Assembly (NCBI GenBank): GCA_947645535.1 | Contig: CANSDD010000002.1 | Location: 1 to 32,225 of the forward strand | Direction of reading: 5' to 3' | Source: an uncultured Mycoplasmatota bacterium | GTDB taxonomy: Bacteria; Bacillota_I; Bacilli_A; RF39; UBA660 | DNA: 32,225 nt | In this document: in pieces, positions 23,954-30,291 of the stretch | How positions within the stretch are numbered: the stretch's first letter is position 1 | Layout: the number at the start of each line of letters is the position of its first letter | The notes under the pieces: model-generated | Database searches by the model: none | What the model saw: the letters and a program-made list of their open reading frames with translations, nothing else | What the model was told of the DNA's origin: nothing | Position numbers and translations under genes: made by a program

Positions 23954-24385
23954 CTACTCCTCTACTTTCTCTACTTTTAGTTTCACACCATCTATTCCTA
24001 AAATTTTGACAATACTATCCTTTGGAATTTTCTTATTACTAGAAGCACTCCATTTCTTTCCATCTACTTTTACTTCTCCAATAACATTTCTAGAAATCTC
24101 TTCTGTAACAATTCCTTCCATTCCAATAATCCTATCAAAATTTGTTTTTTCTTCTTTTTTAGGTTTCAAGAATTTTAACAGTATTGGTCTTGTTGTAATA
24201 AGTAAGAAAATTCCTAGAATTACAAAAATACCAAATTGTAATACAAAATTATCATTTGTAAGTGAAACAATTAAAGCTACTAATGCGCTTACAACAAACC
24301 AAATTGTTGTTAAGCCTATTGTCATACATTCTACTAATGTTAGTAAAATGACAACTCCTAACCATATATAAGACATGTACATCAC
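23954..24385 (-). CDS. NfeD family protein (short form: membrane region plus C-terminal OB domain)
   Basis: It has a three-TM N-terminus and the C-terminal OB pattern GMEGIVTEEI...GEVKVDGKKWSA...VKILGIDGVKLKV. The track start at 24385 is GTG. An AGGTGAT SD favours the ATG at 24376 (MSYIWLG...). Confidence 0.88.
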   Translation of the reverse strand: MMYMSYIWLGVVILLTLVECMTIGLTTIWFVVSALVALIVSLTNDNFVLQFGIFVILGIFLLITTRPILLKFLKPKKEEKTNFDRIIGMEGIVTEEISRNVIGEVKVDGKKWSASSNKKIPKDSIVKILGIDGVKLKVEKVEE

Positions 24386-24393
24386 CTAATTTC

Positions 24394-24422
24394 ATTATAC
24401 ACTAATTTTAACAAAAATTCAA
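24394..24422 (-). promoter_or_regulatory. Promoter of the NfeD-SPFH-CPBP operon
   Basis: The minus strand shows TTGAAT, a 17-nt spacer, then TATAAT, with a TGn extension. Confidence 0.6.
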
Positions 24423-24465
24423 ATAATGGTTATTTCTATATTATATGTATCATATATTACTTCTA

Positions 24466-24492
24466 ACACAAAAAGTCCTATGATTGGACTTT
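24466..24492 (-). terminator. Intrinsic terminator overlapping the stop of the 158-aa gene
   Basis: The minus strand reads AAAGTCC-AATCATA-GGACTTT followed by TTGTG. Confidence 0.6.
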
Positions 24493-24954
24493 TATTTTAC
24501 TTTCAAATGCTTCAATTTCACTTTCCCTACCATATACTTCTATAGATACTAATTTTAATCCATAAAAATAAATTCTTTCTACTTCTCTTTGATAACCTAA
24601 TGATTTAAATTTATTTGAAATCTTATTTTCTATTTCCAACAAATTCCCATCTAATAAAGAATATTCAAAATTATCATCACTAAATTTAGCTAAATATAAT
24701 TCTGGTATTTCATATTCTATCCTTCTTAAAGAAACTCCATTCAATAAAGAGGTGATATTTTTAGTTGTAATCGCCCTCTTTGAAACATCTATTTTTCTTA
24801 CTACAAAATTATTTTCACTATCATAGTTTAAATAGTTTTCTATAAATGTTGGCTCTAATTTTTCTCCCTTATACCATAATAGTAAACTTAATATCATTAA
24901 AAAGATAATAGCACACCACTTTTTCACAATGTCACCTCTTTTATAGAATGACAC
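24478..24954 (-). CDS. Hypothetical membrane-anchored protein
   Basis: It has a single N-terminal TM (WCAIIFLMILSLLLW). The track start is GTG. An AGAGGTG SD favours the GTG at 24927 (MKKWCAII...). Confidence 0.6.
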   Translation of the reverse strand: MSFYKRGDIVKKWCAIIFLMILSLLLWYKGEKLEPTFIENYLNYDSENNFVVRKIDVSKRAITTKNITSLLNGVSLRRIEYEIPELYLAKFSDDNFEYSLLDGNLLEIENKISNKFKSLGYQREVERIYFYGLKLVSIEVYGRESEIEAFESKIKVQS

Positions 24955-24987
24955 TTTTTTACAAATTTATAAGAAAAAAATATAGAA

Positions 24988-26211
24988 TTATAATTTTAAT
25001 TTTCTATATATTTTTTTTAAAATAATAAAACACATAACAATAAAGGAGAAAATGATTCCTAAAATTATAACTTCGATTTTATGTTCTATTACATAGTTTT
25101 TGATATCTAAAGAAACTTTTTGATTTAAAATAATATCTTTTGTTGCTATTACATCTCCATCATAACGAATTGTTAACATTCCAAGTTTAGTTCCTTTTTT
25201 TATAAATGGATCTACTTCTATAATACCATCATATTCAAATTCTAAATCCTTTTTTTTAAAATCTTTTGGAACATATTTTTGAATATTCTCATCAGCATAT
25301 ATTGATATATTTTTTTCTTTTGCGTATTTAGTACCTATTTCTAATATTATATCTTCTTTTTCTATGACAAATTGATTGCTAAAATTTTCTATAAAATATC
25401 CATATATTGTTCTAGCATCTAATAAATGATATGGGGTTTTTCCATAAGGAGCACGTGCTGTAACAAGCATATAATGGACATTATCATATTCAGCAACGCT
25501 TGCTAAACAAAGTCCTGCATCAAAAGTAGAACCTGTTTTCCCACCTTTTACATATTCCATATCTAATCCATATCTTTTTAAATTTTTAGAAGTTGTACTT
25601 TGAAATATCAAACTTTTATCACTAATTGTATAAGAAGGATTTGTAATCATTTCTTTAAAATCTTCATTTTGAAGTGCATATTTAAAAATAGTCGCTACAT
25701 CTTCTACAGTAGAATAATGATTTTCTTCATCTAGTCCTGTCTCATTCATAAAATGTGTATTTTTTAAGTTTAATTCTTCTGCTTTTTGATTCATTAAATC
25801 AATAAAGTTTTCTCTTCCACCTGCTACTGTCCTAGTTAAAGCCAAAGCGGCATCCGCTCCAGATGGAAGTAATAATCCATATAATAAATCTCTATATGTT
25901 ACAATTTGTCCTATACTAAAGCCAGCAACAGAGGCATTTGCTTCTTCTAAACCTTCAAAGTCTGAAGATGTAAGTACAATTCTTTCTTCTAAATCATGAA
26001 TATGTTCAAGCGCTACAATAGCAGTCATAATCTTCGTCATAGAGGCAATTGAAATTTTTTCCCCACTATCTTTTTCGTATAAAACTTTATCTTCATCTAA
26101 ATTATATAAAATAACATTTTCTGATATTACATCTAATTCTACAGCTTGTACAACTGGAATGAAAATTGTAAATACCAAAAATACAATCAAATAACGAATA
26201 TATTTTTCCAT
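24988..26211 (-). CDS. Serine-type D-Ala-D-Ala carboxypeptidase (PBP5/DacB family) with a C-terminal membrane anchor
   Basis: The SxxK motif is SMTK and the KTG motif is KGGKTGS. The SxN position reads SGAD. A signal sequence is present. The track start at 26277 is TTG with no SD, so I place the start at the ATG at 26211 (MEKYIRYLIVF...), preceded by GAAAGGAA. Confidence 0.88.
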   Translation of the reverse strand: MEKYIRYLIVFLVFTIFIPVVQAVELDVISENVILYNLDEDKVLYEKDSGEKISIASMTKIMTAIVALEHIHDLEERIVLTSSDFEGLEEANASVAGFSIGQIVTYRDLLYGLLLPSGADAALALTRTVAGGRENFIDLMNQKAEELNLKNTHFMNETGLDEENHYSTVEDVATIFKYALQNEDFKEMITNPSYTISDKSLIFQSTTSKNLKRYGLDMEYVKGGKTGSTFDAGLCLASVAEYDNVHYMLVTARAPYGKTPYHLLDARTIYGYFIENFSNQFVIEKEDIILEIGTKYAKEKNISIYADENIQKYVPKDFKKKDLEFEYDGIIEVDPFIKKGTKLGMLTIRYDGDVIATKDIILNQKVSLDIKNYVIEHKIEVIILGIIFSFIVMCFIILKKIYRKLKL

Positions 26212-26345
26212 TTTTGCTTCATTCCTTTCACTTTGTTCAAGGTACGCATGACTATGAACAATATAATTATTTTTCAAGTTATTTATGATTATTAGTATGC
26301 TATGATTGATTCTATAAAATTATACGATAAAAAATCATATTATTT

Positions 26346-27608
26346 TTAGCCTTCTTCATAAGGAATTATTTCTGTTACAAATGTAAATTTTTTTCCTAAA
26401 TTATTTGATAAATATAAGGCTTTCAGATTTCCATATTCACCATCTGCTCCTTGTCCTACAATGACATACAACATGTCATCTTCAAAAACAGGTATTTGTG
26501 GCATATCATAAGTTTCTAAAAATGATAATTGGGGATTTACTTTTGATAGAGCTAGATTAAATTTTCCTTCTTCAAAAATCACTTTTTCAAAATGATTTCC
26601 TCCATCTTCACTTCGGTATAAAACACCTGATGTTCCATTTGCTTTATTATCTGTAATAAACATAATTTGTTCATTTATAATATTATATTCAGATGAGGTG
26701 TGAAGAGATTCTAAATCATTTTCAATTGTTTCAAATGTCTCTCCTCCATCAATAGTTTTTAAAATACGCACTCCAATAACTCCTCCTAATGAATTTCCAC
26801 ATACAGTAAATACATAACCAATTTTTTCTGACACAAAATGTACATATATAATTGGTTCATCTACTGGAATGTTTAATTTTTCAAAACTTCCTTTTTTATT
26901 ATTAGAATAATAAACATTTTTATAATCTGCTAATAAAGTTACATTTTCTGATATTTGATACATTCCATCTTCTATTTTATACTCTTTTTCTAGACTTAAT
27001 GGTTCTATATCAGCTTTCACATAAGTTTCCCCTTTATCATACGTTAAGTAAATACTTCCATTTTGAATTTTGTAAAAATAAATATTTTCCTGTTCCTTTT
27101 CTCTAAGCTCTGCAATATCCTTATAATATTCTTCTTCTCTTTCAAAGCGACCTGATTTATTACCGTCTTCTAAATCATACTGCACAATTGTTGTTCTACT
27201 ACTTACATGATAAAGTTCACTTTCTTTTTCAAAAGTTAATACCCAATTACAATAAAGTGCACCATTCTTTTTCTCATATATGCCTAAATTCTTGGTTTTA
27301 AAAAAAGGAGAATATTTTGGAAAAAGCGTTAAGTTAATTAAAACTTGATTATCATTTAATATTTCAATATCATTTATTTGATAATCCTTTAAAGCTTTAT
27401 GAAACCATACATATTGTTCTTTATATTGTTCTAAATAAGAATATAGAAAAGATCTACTAACGTCTTCTAAATCTTGGCTTTTGATTTCTACTTGAAAATG
27501 GGTAATATCTAATGTTTTATGAAATGTAAATTGTAATAAAAAGAAACTAAGTATTAAAATGATAATCAGTATTATTGTCATTAAACATATTTTTATTTGT
27601 ACTTTCAT
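26346..27608 (-). CDS. Membrane-anchored protein with Asp-box (BNR) repeats, probably a beta-propeller
   Basis: An N-terminal TM is present. Asp-box-like motifs (S/T-x-D-x-G-x-T/x-F/Y) are TYDKGETY, TIDGGETF and SEDGGNHF, with a weaker SNNLGKKF. An AGGAGG SD is present. Confidence 0.7.
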   Translation of the reverse strand: MKVQIKICLMTIILIIILILSFFLLQFTFHKTLDITHFQVEIKSQDLEDVSRSFLYSYLEQYKEQYVWFHKALKDYQINDIEILNDNQVLINLTLFPKYSPFFKTKNLGIYEKKNGALYCNWVLTFEKESELYHVSSRTTIVQYDLEDGNKSGRFEREEEYYKDIAELREKEQENIYFYKIQNGSIYLTYDKGETYVKADIEPLSLEKEYKIEDGMYQISENVTLLADYKNVYYSNNKKGSFEKLNIPVDEPIIYVHFVSEKIGYVFTVCGNSLGGVIGVRILKTIDGGETFETIENDLESLHTSSEYNIINEQIMFITDNKANGTSGVLYRSEDGGNHFEKVIFEEGKFNLALSKVNPQLSFLETYDMPQIPVFEDDMLYVIVGQGADGEYGNLKALYLSNNLGKKFTFVTEIIPYEEG

Positions 27609-27670
27609 AGTACGCCTCCTAACAAGATTATCTTTACTTAAAAGTTTCTTTTATAACACTCTATAATATA

Positions 27671-28000
27671 CTATTTCCTAACATTCTCTGCCTTCATACA
27701 TGTTAAGCTTTTCACTTTTGCTTTTTCATTAAATGATTCTGCATAGTAATTAGCTAGCTCATTTTGTGTTCCTGATATGAAACTATTGGTAGAAATATCA
27801 TATGCTTTTGTTATAAAAAATGTTCTATCATATTTATCTTCCCTAAAGAATACGATACTTCTTTCATTATATTCTAGCCATTCTCTCAATCCAGCTATAC
27901 CATCAGTATAATATGTTCCAATCTTTATTTGATGACCACAATTATTCAAAGTGACTTCCTCCCATGAATAATATTCTTCCAATTTTGAAGTAAATGTCAA
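27671..28000 (-). CDS. Hypothetical protein, start uncertain (possibly disrupted)
   Basis: The track start is TTG without an SD. A well-placed ATG with an SD at 28055-28057 is in the same frame but is separated from the ORF by an in-frame TGA at 28028-28030. An alternative internal start is a TTG preceded by GGGAGGAAG at codon 18. Confidence 0.45.
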   Translation of the reverse strand: MTFTSKLEEYYSWEEVTLNNCGHQIKIGTYYTDGIAGLREWLEYNERSIVFFREDKYDRTFFITKAYDISTNSFISGTQNELANYYAESFNEKAKVKSLTCMKAENVRK

Positions 28001-28081
28001 TGTTAAAGTTTCATTTATCCTCTCTTCTCATATATTCATTTCATGCACAATTGACATTTTTATTCCTTCTTTCTAAATATG

Positions 28082-28109
28082 ATTATATCATATTTAGTAT
28101 TATTTTCAA
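28082..28109 (-). promoter_or_regulatory. Promoter upstream of the 109-aa ORF
   Basis: The minus strand shows TTGAAA, a 16-nt spacer, then TATAAT. Confidence 0.6.
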
Positions 28110-28120
28110 ACTTGTTCCAT

Positions 28121-28147
28121 AACAAAAAAGAGATTACATTTCTCTTT
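28121..28147 (-). terminator. Terminator of the MATE-fusion gene
   Basis: The minus strand reads AAAGAGA-AATGTAA-TCTCTTT followed by TTTGTT. It overlaps the stop codon at 28134. Confidence 0.6.
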
Positions 28148-30122
28148 CTTTTAATATTTTTTCAATTAATTCAGCTGATTTTTCTACTCCTAATATATCT
28201 ACATTTAAACTCAAATCATAATTGCTTGCATCTTTCCATTTTCTATTTGTATAATACTCATAGTGTTTCTCTCTTGCTTTATTGATTTTATCAATTTCTT
28301 TTTTTGCTATTTTTTTATCCAAACCATAATATTTTATACTTCTTTCTACTTTATGTTTTGAATCACTATAAAGAAAAATGCGAAATACATTTTTTTCTTC
28401 CTTTAATACATAATCAGCACATCTTCCAATAATAACACAAGAGCCTTTCTTAGCTATTTCTTTAATTGCTTTTGCCTCTGCCAAGAAAATAGTATCATCA
28501 TTACTTAAATTTTGAAAATAAGAACGATTTAATTCAGATAATAGATTTCCTTCTTTATTTTGCTCTTTTTCTCTTATATAAGATGCTGATAAGCCACTTT
28601 CAGTTGACACAATTTCAATCAAGTTTTTATCATATAAACTAATGTTAAGCTTATGTGCTAATAAATTACCTACATATCTGCCACCTGAACCATATTCACG
28701 ATTAATTGTAATAATTGGTCCTGCTTTTTGAACCCCTTTTATATCTTCTAATTTATTTATAGTTATTTCTTTATTTTCTTTTAAATGTTTTACTTCATAA
28801 AATAATAAAGAACTTGAAATTAGAAAAGCAAGTCCATCAGCAACAGGTCCTGCATATAAAACTCCCATAACTCCAAATAAACTTGATAAAATAAATGCTG
28901 CTGGAATAAAGATTAAAATTTGTCTTGATAAACTAAGTAATGCCGCTTTTCCAGATTTTCCAATTGCTTGAAAGAAAATTCCAGAAGAAATTTGAATTCC
29001 ATTAAATATTGTTAGCATTAAAAATATGCGAAATGTTAAACAAGCAAATTCATTATAAAGAACATCACCTGAACCAAATAATCCAATTAGTTTCTCTGGT
29101 ATTGTTTGGAATAATATAAATGCACATATTGAAATGAAAAGGCTAAGTGTTAAAACAATTTTTAATGTTTTCTTTACTCTATCATAATTTCTAGCACCAT
29201 AATTAAATCCAACAATTGGCTGGCTTCCTGCTGCTACTCCAATAATTATACTAGATAGAATTTGATTGATTTTCATAACTATTCCAAGTACTGTAATCGG
29301 TATTTCACTTCCAAATTTACTACTTGCTCCATATTTACTTAATAAATTATTTTGAACAGCAATAATCACTACAATAGACATTTGAGTAATAAAAGATGAA
29401 ATTCCAAGTAATGATACTTTTTTAGTATTCTCTATAGAAAAAGTCATTGTTTTTTTATTCATTTCAATTGATTTAAACTTTCTGATATATAAAATATTTA
29501 TTAAAAATGTTACAAATTGACTAATAATTGTTGCGATTGCAGCACCTTTTACTCCCATATCAAATACAAAAATAGCAATTGGATCTAATATAATATTTAG
29601 TATTGCTCCTACTACCATAGATGTCATTGCATATTTCGGTGATCCATCAGCACGAATGATTGAGTTAAAAGTTGTTCCTATCATCATAAATGGAATACCA
29701 AGTGCAATTACATATCCATAATCTAACGCATACTCTCTTAAATTATCTGTGCAACCAAATAAATTTAATAAATTAGGTAAGAAAAGAAGTGCAAATGCGC
29801 AAAAAAGAATTGAAATAATAACAGAAGAAAATATACCACTCCAAACTCCTTTTTGTGCTTCCTCTTTTTTCTTTTCCCCTAATTTTAAACTAAGAAATGC
29901 TGATGTCCCATCTCCAAACATAAGTGCAAATGCCAAACAAATGACAGTAATTGGAAATACTACATTTGTGGCTCCATTGCCTAAATAACCAACTCCCCAA
30001 CCAATAAAAATTTGATCAACTATATTGTAAAGTGCATTTACAACAAGTGAAATAATACAAGGAATAGAAAAAGCTTTTAATAGTTTTCCAATATTTTCTG
30101 TTCCTAAATCTAATTTTTTCAT
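28134..30122 (-). CDS. MATE family efflux transporter fused to a C-terminal cytidylate-kinase-like domain
   Basis: The N-terminal ~455 aa form a typical 12-TM MATE transporter (ALYNIVDQIFIG.., IRADGSPKYAM, GAAIATIISQ, AAGSQPIVGFNYGA). The C-terminal ~195 aa start IITINREYGSGGRYVGNLLAHKLNISLYDKNLI, the N-terminal signature of standalone cytidylate-kinase-like family proteins (about nt 28137-28722). I place the start at the ATG at 30122, after the GAGGAGG SD, rather than at the track start of 30182. Confidence 0.85.
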   Translation of the reverse strand: MKKLDLGTENIGKLLKAFSIPCIISLVVNALYNIVDQIFIGWGVGYLGNGATNVVFPITVICLAFALMFGDGTSAFLSLKLGEKKKEEAQKGVWSGIFSSVIISILFCAFALLFLPNLLNLFGCTDNLREYALDYGYVIALGIPFMMIGTTFNSIIRADGSPKYAMTSMVVGAILNIILDPIAIFVFDMGVKGAAIATIISQFVTFLINILYIRKFKSIEMNKKTMTFSIENTKKVSLLGISSFITQMSIVVIIAVQNNLLSKYGASSKFGSEIPITVLGIVMKINQILSSIIIGVAAGSQPIVGFNYGARNYDRVKKTLKIVLTLSLFISICAFILFQTIPEKLIGLFGSGDVLYNEFACLTFRIFLMLTIFNGIQISSGIFFQAIGKSGKAALLSLSRQILIFIPAAFILSSLFGVMGVLYAGPVADGLAFLISSSLLFYEVKHLKENKEITINKLEDIKGVQKAGPIITINREYGSGGRYVGNLLAHKLNISLYDKNLIEIVSTESGLSASYIREKEQNKEGNLLSELNRSYFQNLSNDDTIFLAEAKAIKEIAKKGSCVIIGRCADYVLKEEKNVFRIFLYSDSKHKVERSIKYYGLDKKIAKKEIDKINKAREKHYEYYTNRKWKDASNYDLSLNVDILGVEKSAELIEKILKEREM

Positions 30123-30136
30123 TTTTACCTCCTCAC

Positions 30137-30162
30137 AGAAAAAAACACAAATATTTTTGTGC
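30137..30162 (-). terminator. Terminator-like hairpin between the helicase gene and the MATE SD
   Basis: The minus strand reads CACAAA-aata-TTTGTG followed by T7, about 15 nt before the SD. It may be the helicase terminator or a leader attenuator. The stem is weak and AT-rich. Confidence 0.3.
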
Positions 30163-30291
30163 ACGTGTTGTTCGTTAATCATTATATCTCATAATGTTCG
30201 TTTCCAATTTAACCAATGCTTTCTCATTTTAACACACATTTTTTTTAAATTCAAGTAATTTTTAAATGAAAAAAATAAGAAAAATTTTTCC

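Noticed and set aside
24006-24371. A 121-aa plus-strand ORF antisense to the NfeD gene. The ORFs at 28079-28285, 29749-29988, 30509-30691 and 31617-31838 are the same kind of case.
   Set aside because: All of them are embedded antisense in motif-supported minus-strand genes (NfeD, the MATE fusion and the helicase). They have no SD, and their compositions are typical of AT-rich antisense frames.
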